From the NCBI RefSeq assembly GCF_037042905.1, contig NC_087245.1:29638001-29702000 (forward strand): a stretch of DNA of 64,000 nt. Direction: 5' to 3'. Source of the DNA: Lytechinus pictus (Eukaryota). The position numbers and the translations under genes were made by a program. The notes under the pieces were generated by a model. That model was not told the DNA's origin, made no database searches, and saw only the letters and a list, made by a program, of their open reading frames with translations. The stretch's first letter is position 1. The number at the start of each line of letters is the position of its first letter. Below, in pieces: positions 39,069-52,644 of the stretch.

Positions 39069-42000
39069 GCAGGGATCATTGAAAGAGTCGGTGACGCTTT
39101 CTGCTCAGATTCACGTGAACACATGTCGGTCAGTTCAGCGCACAATGGAGTATTGATCAGGAGTCGATCCGCACGCCACGATTGTTATTTTGCCTACTCT
39201 TCTTTTAAATGCATTGTGCCAACTCTGCCAAGTCATTATTGATCGGACTCCTGTTGAATACCTACACCAAATTTAGTTGTACTTTTGGGTGAAAGGAAAG
39301 CCATGGGGGTCGTATAAGAGAAGAACAATGTACCTGTTGCCGGTATGCATTTTATGTGCTAATTGATGGTTCATGACAGTCAATAAAGCTGGCATAAATT
39401 TTCAGTAACACAAATGGCAAAAAGGCAACAGAATTGTTAAAATGAGCACATGCATGAATTGATTGCATGAACATAAGAGTGGCAAAGAAAATAATCAATG
39501 TTTTCCAAATTTCATGAGAAAAGTTTCTGGTATCTAAACTCACATGTTTGTTTCTACCCCCCCTCCCCGAAAAAACCTTGTGATTGATGATTTTCTTCTC
39601 AACATATGCATTTATCTCAATTTCTCAACAGCAACACCTATCCAAGGAGGATAATATTCAGTGGACAAAGTCTCCTTAAATTGGTATAGTAATGTACGAA
39701 TAAAGGATATTTTCTTTGAGAGAAATATAAGAACCTTCTCCAAACATGTCCAAATGTAACGTATGTACAGTCAAAGAATTGGACATTTCATAAAATCAAA
39801 CTCTTTCAATCCTGAATAGATATAATGAAGAAAAAAAATTGGTCAGCAAATCTTTATAAACACAAAATACATTAATTTTGTGACCATATATTGAATCAAA
39901 TGTTTATTGGTTGGAAAAGAGAGGGAATTACTCATTATTTTCAGTCAAACTCTCCAAGATTTCCATGGGTAATAAATTGCTTTTTCTCCATGAAACAGAG
40001 ATATAGTTTCCTTATTATTGAGAAAAACCTGCTTCTCAAATGAGAAAGGGTATTACCATCTCTAAAGAAGTTTAAAAATATCTTTTAAGCTAAAAATATT
40101 TGTAAAAACCCCCCAAAGCATTGACTAAAAAAGAAAAGATGTGGTCTTTCAGCAAATAATCTCGTTCAACAAAACGTCCAACATAGTGCTTGCTATAAAT
40201 ATTTCACATTAGCAATAGTTAAGTGCATCACATTTATTATGTAGATTTGAATTCTATCTGTGCTCCAGAAAAGAAAAAAAATAGTTAATCCAATATGGCA
40301 TATATTTCACACTTCTCACTTCATTATGTTATCGAATTTGGGAATATTTTTTGTGGATATTACAAGTCCTTTCCTTTCACACTGGCATAAAAAAGGGTAT
40401 TTTATTGTTATTGGATGAGTATAAAAGCACTCGATGTTCCACCAATGTAACTGGTACATTATGCTTGATCATTTCGTTGAGTAGCCGAAGTACTGCAAAC
40501 TAATGCATATTTGAGCACTCATTATAAGCACTTGAACAAATTACCACTACAAAAGGAGCTGCTTTAAAGACAAGTCCCAAATGAAGTTTCTCATGAAAGA
40601 GCTCCTTATGAGAGAGGTGTATGCACTGTAAAGAATCAGCAAACAGACAAACATTCTGGTACATTTGCACAAGAACACATTACATTTACTTTGTAGAGTA
40701 AGAATAGAATGATACATAGTGCAGTCACCAAGCACATCTGTACAGATAAAGTGGAATGTATGAGTGTGAGTGTGAATTATTTCCATGATTCGTATGCCTT
40801 TTCCTAACTTTTATCTCACATAGCACCAGTTATGCATAATACACAAAAACAGCCAGCCTTGTAAAAATAATTTCAATTCTTTTGGATGACACAAAGTATT
40901 TTCAGCCTTTCTGCAATAGACATGGCTGTGTCCATATGAAGACCTGAAGAGGGGAAACACATTTTTTCATAAAACCTGCTGTATTTTTGTTGAATAAGAT
41001 ATGAAATACTGCAATAAGAGGGAAATCATTTGTCATCTCTGCAAAAGAAGGTGGTTTGAAGAATTTGACTATTATCTTTCTCCAACTGATGTCACCGCTT
41101 TTTCAGTTAACAAGCTCAGAGCTTCATTTCAAGAGCAAATTCACTTCGGCCACCCCCCCCCCCCCCCCCCGAAGGAAAAAAATTCTCCCTTCTCACAATT
41201 AAAATCAAGAATTCTCTAACACACCTGAGGTCTAACCACTAATACAATCATCAAGATAGTCTTACACTCGTGTTATGTTTGCCTGCATCTGATCTGCTGT
41301 ATGTCTGTTAATTGTTTAAGAGTATAGGTCTACCTTAATCATATGCATGCTAATGAGGGCTGGACCATCAGAAGGACTTTTCTGTTAGTGAAGTACCCCC
41401 ATGCAAATAAGTAAGAGTTTTCTAAAATGTGTTTTATACACAATGAGGTGAGGGAATGATTACGATAATTTTATTCATAAAAATAATGCAGGTGCAGTAA
41501 CAAGCTTGATGAATAGGCATACTGTTACAACAGTTACACATGTACATGTACAGTTGTAACATGCCAACATAGCAAGTCCTTTATAGACTGGACAAATTAT
41601 TATTATTTAAAAAAGGAATAGGGGCACTGATAACTTTTCTCCCCAACTATATGGAGTTTGAAAGAGATAGGGACACAGGGTTAATTATGGGCAATTTGTT
41701 TTTCTTCTGCCCAAATAGGGTCAATTTGCATGGTAGTTTTGCATTTCAAGTTCATATTTAGGGGTGCTCTACTTCTCTGCATGCATGCTTCTGCATTGAT
41801 CTGTGGTATCCCAAATAACCCGACAGACATGTAGTTAAACAATTGCTGTTTCAATTTCTATTAAATATCACAAAATGTCTCAATGTAGTTTTTAGGTCTA
41901 AACATAAATATTTAAGTCTCAACACTTCTGTCATAATGAAAAATATCTAATCATGATTCAGTTTCAAATAAAAAGAGGGCATGTATTAATTGTGGCCTGC

Positions 42001-42572
42001 TTATGTACATGTACACACCACACAGCGAGGCAAAAGCGAAGGGAAAACATTCATTTTTGTTCAAATATGTACACTTTATGTAATTTACTTTATCAACAAT
42101 GAGCGAAGATACATTCTGCACGATATCTTTAATAACCTAGACATTTTCTTATCAATTATTGATGACTCCAGACAATGAGAAAAGATAGATATTTCACAAT
42201 ATTACATAGGTTATGTAGATTCTAATCAGTGATAGGTCAATACACCATCACGTGACCATAACTGCGAGGATCGCATTTGTTATATTCTAGGTTTTGACGT
42301 CACCTCAGGGAATATACTGCGTTGTATTGTCAATTACGGCGTTATATTCACTAAGGTGACGTCACTTGCTGCATACAAGTTGCGTAACAAGGTAGTTTAT
42401 TTTATGTACCCGCTAATGTTAACGCGTCAATTGCATGAAGTACGCGCTTGATGTATTTAAAAAAAAAATCTATTATGACGTAGATGGATTAGAGCTGTAG
42501 CAAGAATTTCGGGTTTGAGCCAGATGATGAATGCAATTTCTGATGGCGAATCCACATAGACTATATAATATA

Positions 42573-42761
42573 ACAGATATTGCCTGGTCTATCGTTTTAA
42601 TAAATAACATTTCAACTCCCCTCCGAAGCTATATTTTTCCCTCGGGATAATATTTTCCCTCAGCACTGCGCACTTCAGGCAAAATATAATCCCTTGGGAA
42701 AAATATAACTCCGTCAGAGAGAGGAAATGTTATATTCAAATTCTAGGTAGGCAATATCTGT
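42573..42761. repeat. ~190-bp imperfect palindrome
   Basis: Nested arms acagatattgcct/aggcaatatctgt, ataacattt/aaatgttat and tatatttttccc/gggaaaaatata. Confidence 0.8.
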
Positions 42762-43274
42762 ATACTTTCATACCCCTTTACAATATATTTAGTACTTAAA
42801 GGCAGATCATTAGATATTGATTTCCCAACATGAATTAATAATTAAATGTATTTTGGATAATAAGTGGGAAGATCATGACCTATTCACTTTTTTTTTAAAT
42901 GTTTTTTTTTGCTAATCTAACAAGTCTGAATTTGGGACCACTGCAATATACAATGTATTACTCGAGTTAATAACTGGTTTAATCCCTTCTACATTGTAGC
43001 TGTTATATTAATATATAAGTCCATCAAAAAGCGTTTATGCATGGACTGCATATTCCACAATCCACACCTGAAATATATCAACTTAGAGTGTTTTTTTATA
43101 TCTTAAACCTCCTTTCTGGATCTGGACGTTTTTTCTGTAATCATATAAGCATGGGTTATGCACATTTGATTATGATTGTTATAATGCACTTCTGAAAAGG
43201 ATAGTGCAATGCACTTTTGCTTTGTTCAAATCATGGACGTTTCACTGACAATTCCCTGATCAAAATGTCAAGAA

Positions 43275-43428
43275 AGTGTACTTCAAGAAGAATTACAACT
43301 ATGTTAAATCTGCCACTGTTGTAACTAATACAGAAGCCTCGATTGTGATTGGCTGGCAAGCCCTGTTACCCTGGTAACTGCATAATGGCAAAGTTACCAT
43401 ACTTGTAGGTCTTTATGATCATGGGCCC
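43275..43428. mobile_element. Decayed Harbinger-like MITE carrying a CCAAT box and an X-box
   Basis: Right end tctttatgatcatgggccc; internal gattggctg and gttaccctggtaac; similar to 11292 and 56701 copies. Confidence 0.6.
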
Positions 43429-43530
43429 AAAAGCTATCAACCGAGAGATACTGGTGGAGTGATGGGGGGAAACATTTACTTCCAACCAATCATAAATTAA
43501 AAAAAATAAAAAACCACATTGGTTCATTAC

Positions 43531-43563
43531 CTTGGGAGGTATGCATCTATAAGGTGCAGCCAT
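43531..43563 (-). CDS. Candidate 33-nt 5' exon of the DYRK4-like gene (MAAPYRCIPPK)
   Basis: T-rich tract + cttag directly before the ATG, AAG|gtaatg donor, phase 0. Confidence 0.35.
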
Positions 43564-44130
43564 CTAAGATGCTAATCAAAATGAAAAAAAAGTTCTGTAA
43601 ACTCCTTACATAGTAACCAATATTTGGTTCCTTGTCAGTCCAAGTGTACATTTCCAATTTTGTGCCATAGTCCTCCGCTAGAAATACAAAGAATGCAACG
43701 AATGTATAATATTCGAGGCTGCCTCAAAACGTCACCATCGTATTTATGATGCATCCATCCTGGCACATTTATGATCAATGAACATACAATGCCATTACCA
43801 CAAACATAATGAAAGTAATTTACAGATGTAGATATTTGATGGCGTGATGAATTTCCCAAATGACAAAAAAACGTACAGGAAGCTCAACCAATCAGTCTTT
43901 GGGGAGTCTTTCTCTCTTTCCTTGCCCTCCACACTAATAACGTCTCCTCGTTACCATTAATTATCTCACAAAGCTGCAACTAATGAACCACAGTGACTTG
44001 TCAAGCTCTCAAATGATCAATACAAGACAATAGACCAAACACCCCATGTTACAAAACTAACACCAGATCATGATAATAAAACATCAATACATAGCAAAGG
44101 TGTTCCAAGGAGTTCACCAAGGGGACAATC

Positions 44131-44144
44131 ATTGCTATGGCAAC
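44131..44144. promoter_or_regulatory. Candidate RFX X-box
   Basis: ATTGCTATGGCAAC matches 12/14 of the palindromic X-box GTTGCCATGGCAAC; lies outside recognisable repeats. Confidence 0.4.
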
Positions 44145-46773
44145 CAGAATCGTCTGAGACCCCATTTTGTACGAGGGCGTCGCCTCGTGTTGTCAAGTCA
44201 AGAACATTTAAATGATGGTTCACAAATTATTAATGGATTGCATGTAATGTGTTTTAATTAGTCCATCTCTGTTCATATTAGATCATTGATTTTCTCTTAT
44301 TCTATAGACATACCTCTCTTTAATATAGAAGATGTTGCAAGACAGATAATTACTTATCGTCATTCTTCTAATTTCCCAATCTTCCCTCCTTTTTCTCCTT
44401 CTTTACCCCATCCCATCTACTACCCCCTCTCCCTCCTCTCCACCCCCTTCCTTCTTTCTTCTTGTTTTGTTTGGTTCTTTTTGTTGTTCTTCTTCTCCTC
44501 CTCCTACTTCTCATCCCCCTCCCTCTCCTCCTTCCCCTTCTCCTTCTTCACTCTTCTTTCCCCTCTACCTTCCCCCTCTCTCTCACTGTCTGTCCATGAA
44601 TAATACATGTGCATTCATGGTCAGGTTTGCATGAGCCATTGTCTTTCTACCATACAGGCAGCCAAGCATTCAAGGTGACAGGACATCTTGATACCACACT
44701 TTAGTGCACCGTATCTGATCTACTTTTGATCCATCTTCAAGACTTCAAGGATGCAAATGATTTGTCAAAGGGACTCTTTTCAAGAAAGACTTGACTTTAT
44801 ATTTCTTCAACAGCAACACAGAGACAACTCATTTATGCTTTATATGCATTTCGCACAAATGTGGGAAAGTGCATGTAAAACACACCGTGTGTACAGCCGA
44901 GTAGCACGCCGAACATGCATACATTATCATACTTCCAGGTAAAAATCACTACCCGAAGAACGGTTGTGTCCTCATCTATACTTAAACAGGTTTAATGAAG
45001 CAAAGCGGTCTTGAAAACCACACAGTGAGATGAATTTCTAGGACCATTTAAGATCACTTCTAAGACTATTTCAAGCGTTCTCATTGCATTTAAAACTGGT
45101 TTCCATTAAACTGGTTTATGAAAGTAGACGAGAACAGGGATCTACTATAGTTCATCACATTCGCTGGCCAATATGGAATATCACAGCAAGAAAAAATAGT
45201 CACATAGTGATAAATTAATTACATAATAAGTGAGAATGAAATGATGTCAATAGGTACATGTGGTTACACAAAATTTGCTCCTACGACATTTGATGCGGTC
45301 TTAATATCTATTAAAGAGGGCATAGGATTAGAGTTAGGATTGCAATAGAGTTTTTAGTTCAGAATAAAGTAAAGATAATGATTATGGTTTACAAGTTTCT
45401 GAGGTTAGATTTTATGTTTGTCTTAACGTGCAGACTTTCTATTGAAGCAATTGTCGCAGGAGTAAATGTCATGGAACCACTACATGTAGGCCTGTATCTT
45501 ACAAAGTGCAGGCACATTTTATGGACACATTTATCATTATCCAAGGAGGTAGTCTGCAGGCAAAGACCTTTGGTTTTCACAATTTGCATAATGCAGAGTC
45601 TGAAATAGTGAGACTAGATTCACTATGCACTGTGGCTTCCTCTCAGACAGAGTTTGGCATCTAATCTTTACTTTAGGCATAAGTGGTTTAGGTATCAAAT
45701 ATGAGTCTGTGATTGAAGACTACTGAGGAGAAAGAGGGGTGGGGGGCAAAAAGTTTCTTTAGTCTGAGCTTGTAGACTAATCAACTATCAGTAACGAAAA
45801 ATGGATCAGTATTCTCAACAGACTGTTCCTGACAATGGTTTATTTCCATATCTATTGTTGATGGTTTGTTAATATATCAAAAGTGTCCAAGTAGAATCTA
45901 ATACATATGAGTTTTACTATCATCACAAAGGAATATAGGTCATGGTAAGTAACTTTTTGTATACCTATCCATTAACTAGCATTTATGTATCATCCTTTCT
46001 ATAGTATAAGCCACGCTCGAAGTAACCTCTTCAATCATGGTAATGAAACAGAGAGAATTCAAAACAGGATGCACTAAAATAAATCTGAATAAACAAACCA
46101 TCAGACAGAATCATAAATAGAGAGTGACCATCGCTTTCAACTTTGCAGATGAAAACAGAAATTTGTATCTTGTATGGAACAAGTCGTTGTAAACGAAAAA
46201 ATCAATAAACTAAAATCACAAACAGGTTTCTGAGAAAACAAAGATAATCACTACTCTCCAATAGTAGTTTGGGCATTTTCGAGAGATAGAAATAGCTAGA
46301 AAAGGAGATAAGGAAAGGAATGTAGATTGAGAAAGTGAATCAGGGTATCGATTTCAAGTAAATCAACTATTAAGTGAAAGATAACTAAAATGCAGCCGAG
46401 CTGAGTTGTGCAAGAGGACCTATCGAAATTCAGGAGTGATAAAATGAGAGGGGAGGATTGATAAAACCAAAGATCATTGTATTAAACATATCCCATAGGA
46501 CTATATGAATGGAAACACAAAGATCAATGGACCACACTAATTGGCAACATGGAGATAATAGGAAAGTAATAGGTGACCTTTACAGCGCAACGTCCAGAAA
46601 ATTAATTTCCAGTCCCAGGAAAAGGCAACGTATGATCAAGTTACGAATGGGGATTTCTAATAGAAGAATATTAAAATGTGGTGCATGACAGAACACCACA
46701 AGATTATCCACGCAACCATACCATACAAATCCATGCATTGTACATGACTGCCACATACTTCTTTCTTTCTGTA

Positions 46774-47023
46774 CATTATAAAACCTGGGGTGTTAGAATT
46801 GACACCAGTTGGTGTCCATAGAGGACCACACCCTGATGTCTTAAAATGACACAATTGAGCTTGAAAATAATACCAAAGAGTGTAAAAGTAACAATTCAAT
46901 TTGTTGTAATAAGTAATAACACCCATAGTTTTTTTAATAACACACAAAAAATTAACACTAGAGTGAAATGATGGGTGCGGTCATCTGGTATATACACCAA
47001 TTAAAACAACAGTTTTTGCTGTG
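46774..47023. mobile_element. CACTA/EnSpm-like MITE with acacc/ggtgt subterminal motifs
   Basis: Ends ca(c)t(g)taaaa / tttttgctgtg; relatives at 59327-59578, 60920-61178 and ~33010-33155. Confidence 0.6.
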
Positions 47024-47469
47024 CATATTTTGTCAGTGATATCAAGTAACAATATCATCAAATGAAATATCAATAGGGGATGGGAGGGGGAATAAACCAA
47101 GAACAGTTGGAATATAAGCCAAAGTCACTGATAAGAAAAATTATGAAACACTAAGTTCACATCTTACAAAGATAATCTCTGATACACATATACAAGGATA
47201 TCTGTCAGTTTTCATTGTGCTTGGAGTTCCATATTGCAATGAACTGGACAATGTACAACTACATAAAGAATGCATAGATAACTCATCATTTAATTAAAAG
47301 CACAAGGATACTAAAGATGAATGATAATTTTGAAACAAGACAATGCCCAAATGCTTGGAGCACAATCCTGAATTTTATAAGCAGGTTCAATATTGAGGCA
47401 TAGCTTGATACATATACCGGAATTCAAGCATTCATTCTCAAGTTCATAAAACATGTTGGATCAGTCTCT

Positions 47470-47695
47470 GTACTTTGAAACAGAGGGCCATGGGTTCAAT
47501 TCCAAACCGTGGCATAATTTCTTTCAGCAAGAAAAAAAAATGATTTAAAGGTGAGGTTAATGGGTCCTCAGTGGGAATTGATTCCTTGAAGTGGTTGTGC
47601 ACTGTAAAAGGCTGCTAGGCTTGGCAGGCACTATTTAAGTCCTTTGGAAACTCATAGAGACGTGATATCATTATGCGTATTATGCACTATACAAG
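47470..47695 (+). mobile_element. Decayed SINE family B
   Basis: gggttcaattcc B box, ttcagcaagaaa, aggtgaggttaatgggt and tgcactatacaag tail. Confidence 0.6.
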
Positions 47696-48096
47696 ATTGA
47701 AGATTCACAAGCAGTATGGTTTAAAACAGTACATGTCATAAATATTGAATAATGAAGTTTAAAGAATAGAGCAATATGAAGTCCAATTTCCTTTTACATT
47801 GTCGATCCCTTTGTTTGGTAGGAAAGCAAAATTGCATTTCCTAGTTTCAGCTATGCGGTCAAAATCATTTATCGATAATCTATATGGTGCAGGTTTGACG
47901 ATCGATATCATAACACAGTCCCCCTGCATCTTGAGTAAATCTAGTATGAAGATACTTCCTTTTATGTGCGACTCAGCATGTGCAGGAAGCTAGTATTGAT
48001 CACAATTTCCTCCCCCATCCCTCTTTTCTTTTGATGTATAGATGTTTACAGTTGACAGGAAAAAGAGGTCCTTGGTTGGATATCATCAGAGTACTG

Positions 48097-48237
48097 GGGC
48101 CCCCCGTTTCATAAAACTTGTTATAATAATAAATTTGCAATAACAGTTTAAAGCAGCTGTAATCAATCAATTTGATTGGTGGATAGCAAGCTTGTTGTAG
48201 CAATGGTGATTTTGTTAAGTCTTCATAAAACTGAGCA
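48097..48237. mobile_element. Harbinger-like MITE
   Basis: ctg|gggcccccc gtttcataaaactt ... aagtcttcataaaactgagca|cag. Confidence 0.6.
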
Positions 48238-49290
48238 CAGAATTCTGAAGGGGCAAAAAATATAACAAAACCAGGTGATGGTAAAGCGATTAGTTTCAGA
48301 AAGCCTGTTTCTTTGTAATATGTATTACAATGAGATTCAGACAAAAAGTAGTTTTGTATTCACATCGAATCATTTTCTAATGTTAAATCAAAATTGTTGC
48401 TAGGTAGGTAGGAAGAGAAGTATCAATACTTGAGATAAACACTTTAAAAAAATTGCAAGTACAAAACAAGAAGAAGATATCTGACGAGTGATATAAAAGA
48501 TGTGTTTCACATCCTACTCTGGGTGCAGAGTCTGCTCAAGGCAATTTCCTACAGATTGGATGAAGATTACTGAAAGATTAGCTATCACAAAATTTATCTT
48601 TTGAAAGCTCCGGGCATTGACTTGCTAAGAGGAGCAGATAGTAATATTCATAAGACAAGACTTGGTCGCTTGTGACTTCTCTATTAAAGAGAAAGTTTGG
48701 TTATAAACTTATATGAGAAGGTGAAAAAATATTCATTCATTTTGAAGGTATATATAAAGTCCAACTCAATCTCGAGAGGATTGTTCTTCAAAATCTCCTA
48801 AATCATAAAATAACTCTCCCCAAAATGTAGCCCCATGCACAGATTTCTCTGTGTAGAGCATCCCTTTCACAAGTAGAATTGAGTCAGTTTCATAACTGAC
48901 TGCGTCCACAAATTCTTAGGTGTTTCACAATGAACCTTATGAAATAGTTTATTCCACAGTTCGGATTGCACAAGCAAAGACAGACTTTATCCTTAAAAGG
49001 CAAGAGGCTGAAATGCCAATTTTAATGACAAGCAATTAGCTCTCCATAAAACGCATGATTTGTGATTCTGTTGAAAACAAAGATAGTCAAGTGAATAATG
49101 GATTCTAAAAAAAAAATGATGCCTTTGAATAAATCAGATAATCTAATGGTAGCCTAAACAATTGTTTGATAAAACAATACAAAAATGCTCAATTATAAAA
49201 AAAAAGTTTAGTCAATCAATCTGTCCTATTTCGTTTGATTCCTAAACTTCATTGATTTTATGAGTAGTCATTTTAAAATTACACCTACAT

Positions 49291-51167
49291 CAAGGCTCGA
49301 CATTAGCGGTGGCCCGGTGGCCCGGGGCCACCAAAAATTCACCTCGGGCAACCATTATTGATAAAATGTTAAGTTTTGGTGGCCCGAATCGGGCAACCAA
49401 TAATTTTCAAAGAAGCGCAATTTTTCTCCCAATTTTGCACGCATTTATCAACTTTCTACAGCTCAAATTGCAAGCCAGTACGTCATGCGCCTTTTTTGTT
49501 GATCTACACACAAATACACACACACACAGTTTGCATATTAGGCCTACAGCTATAGCATACAGTAGCTATTATCCAGCCAGCCGCGCCGGCCGGCTGGCGT
49601 GAGCTTTGCATGAAGCCACTGCATACAGCTGTGCTCTAGATCTAGCTCAGCCTATTCAGACTCAGGGAGCTGCGATAGAAAATGTTGCTGCTGAGAAATC
49701 TTCCACAGAACTTTGAAAATCTAAGTCAAAGTCACCTTTTACACCAATGAAATGCAATTCTACAGTCTATATTACCAAAATCTGGTGTACCCTGATTATT
49801 TGCAAGTATTAAGAAGAGGAATTATGACCTCTCTTTTGACTCAAAAAGACAGATTTCCACATGAATTAATACACATAAAAACACATAGGCAAGTACATCA
49901 CAGTCCCACGTGTGCATTTGTATGTATGTTGATACTTGGTTTCTTTCGAAGCTGTGTATTTTCTAGCCTTAAAAAAACAGACAGTTTCTTTCTTTCTTGT
50001 TTATAAATGACTTCTTAAACCACTCTTGAGAAAGTAAATACTTTGGGAAGGCATTTCATTGATATGAAATGTGATTTTTTTTCCCCCAACATTTTGGCAA
50101 ATATAGGGAAGGACTTTTCTCACACTTTTTTTCCAGATATAGTTTTTGCCGTTTTTTTTTTCTTTCATTTTTTTTTGACAGTGGTTAAACCATTTATACC
50201 CCTTCCCATTGAATATGCCTGATTAAAAAATATGTTTCTACTGAAAATAAAATAATACAAACTAAAGGATATAAAAATAGAAATGTGCCATTCCCAAAAG
50301 GTAAGTGAAAATTATATGCTTGGCTTTTAATAATATTCCAGTCAGAATAGACTGTTGCCACAGCTGTTAAAAATATATGTAATGGCTTCTTAATTTTCCC
50401 CTTTTCTCCATTTTTATATTAACTTTGTTTTATTAATTTTTCTTTCATTTTCTTTTCTTTTTTCTCTCTAATTTTTTTCTTTTCTTTTTTTCTTTTGTTC
50501 CCTGTTCTTTGTTTTTTTCTTTCTTCATTTTCTTTCTTTTGTTTTATTTCACTAATTTCTTTTATTATTTTTGTTTTCTTTTTGTTATATACTTTTTGAA
50601 AATTATTTTCGTTTGTTTCTCCCTTTTATGCATTGTTCTAATTTTGCAGCATATTTTTCTGTGATTTTCTCCTTCTATAATATGCTGCAAAAGAGAAAAC
50701 AGAAATAAACTGGATTTGGGGCATGCATAATCTAGGTTTTAGGATTCAAAGAGGAAGGAAGGAAAAACCATTGTTTTGTACATCTATCTGAGTTTGCTAT
50801 GCACTATTTATTTACTTTACCATTATCTCTATACAGAGATTTTAAAAAAAGTCCACACAACCTGCGAAAAATGCAATTCATTTATTCACTTTCAATCATT
50901 TCATTTTTACAACGATAGAAACAATTATCAATTAGCAAAGTAAAATAACAGCAAACAAGGTTTACATACAAGATGTATAAAGTGAAAGGAACTTAGTGGT
51001 AGTGGCTGCAGAATTAATATTTCAGAAGTTTGTTTTATTCATTTTTAATGTTTTTCTTTATATTTTTCGGGCCACCAAACTTTAATATCGGGCCACCAAA
51101 AAAAAAAATTTGATGGTTTTGGTGGCCCGAACGGGCCACCACCAAAAAAAGTTAATGTGGAGCCTTG
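49291..51167 (+). mobile_element. Non-autonomous P-like DNA transposon, copy 2 (1877 bp, uninterrupted)
   Basis: TIRs caaggctcgacattagc / gttaatgtggagccttg; perfect 7-bp TSD cctacat; subterminal ggtggcccg/cgggccacc repeats. Confidence 0.9.
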
Positions 51168-51759
51168 CCTACATGTATATAAAGATAAGGAAAGAAATAA
51201 CAAAATCAATATGTATAGAGTGAAATAATCATGAAGATATCATTATGCAGAAAATATATATTACATTGGCCATGAAGTCCTCCAAATAATGGGGAAAAAT
51301 TAGCGTGCATTTCTGCTCTGCTTACTTTTTCAGAGGACAATCATCATGTTGAATGAAGCGAGCAGAGTTTCAGGTATTAAATCCAATGTCTATGAGAAAA
51401 GGATGAAAGAAGACTTAAGTGGTCCAGTATATTAATTTGTATGGCTGCATAAGCTGCCAGACAGAAAAATAACACCATTTCCTTTCAGCATGCCCACAAG
51501 TCATTAATAAATTATAGCTCATGGCAGATCCTTAAGCCAAATGATGAGCAACAAACAGGACTATATTTAAAGGATATACTATTCTCAAAAGAAAAGATGG
51601 ATCAACAGGGGGAAAAGAGAGTGATAAGTACATTTTCAAGAAGAGGCTAACATTTCACCAATATTCCCGATGGCAACATTAAAATATGATGAAACCAGTT
51701 AAAAGGCCATTTATAGATGATACACAGTTCATCTGCTGAGAGTAAAAGATTTTTAGTGA

Positions 51760-52233
51760 TATGCTTTTCACACTGTACATTTTTTCCTTAACCCCGGGAA
51801 ATTGGTGGGGCTAAGGGGGGGGGGCCTTAGCCCCACCAATTTCCCAGGGTTAAGCTTAGCCCACTTCGTTTTCACACTACATTTTAGCAAAGTGGGCTAG
51901 CACGGCAAATAGTACGGTACTATCTGGCCCTGCAAAAAAGCAGGGTTAGCCGGCTTATTGTGGTGCAAGCTAAAGAGATGCAGTGTGAAACGAAACTGGG
52001 CTATGGAAAAGTGGGGCTAAGCAATAGCCAATCACAGAAGTCGAAATTACACGTTAATCACGCTCTGTATGGTAAAATTATCAATATTCATGAGCTGTGG
52101 GATAGTTTGGGGTTAAGGCGTTAACCCCGGCTAAGCAGATAGTATGGGGTTAAGAAAGACAGTGTGAATCCAAAAAAGATAGCATGGGGTTAAGGATAGT
52201 ATGGGGTTAAGGAAACGCAATGTGAAAAGCATA
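51760..52233. mobile_element. Harbinger-like MITE with GGGGTTAA/GGGCTA repeats
   Basis: TIRs tatgcttttcaca / tgtgaaaagcata; 3-bp TGA flanks. Confidence 0.75.
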
Positions 52234-52357
52234 TGAGAGTAAAAGATTTTTACTCTCAATGAATACAGTACAAAGTTTAATAGCTGCTTAAGAGAAGTGG
52301 CATGATTGGCTTTGGGGGGGATTAGATAATTTTTTATACTGGATGGACTGTATACGT

Positions 52358-52644
52358 GAGCGCAGTGGTCTTGTGGTTACAACTCTTGTCTTTCAATCAC
52401 AGGGATGTTGGTTCAAATCAAAGCCATGGCTTGTTTTCCTTCAGCAAGAAATTTACCTTCATTGCGCTGCACTTAACCCAGGTGAGGTGAATGGGTACCC
52501 AGCATAATTAATTCCTTGAACGCACTGAAAGGCAGCTTGAGCTAAAGCCGGAGTAATAAGAATAATAACAATGCGCCTCCGAATAGATTATTTTCTAGAT
52601 AGATGGCGCTATATAAATGCTTAATATCATTATTATTATTATTA
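52358..52644 (+). mobile_element. Near full-length tRNA-derived SINE family B
   Basis: A box gtggtcttgtgg, B box ggttcaaatc, core ccttcagcaagaaattta...aacccaggtgaggtgaatgggtacc, tail gcgctatataaat(ATT)n. Confidence 0.85.
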
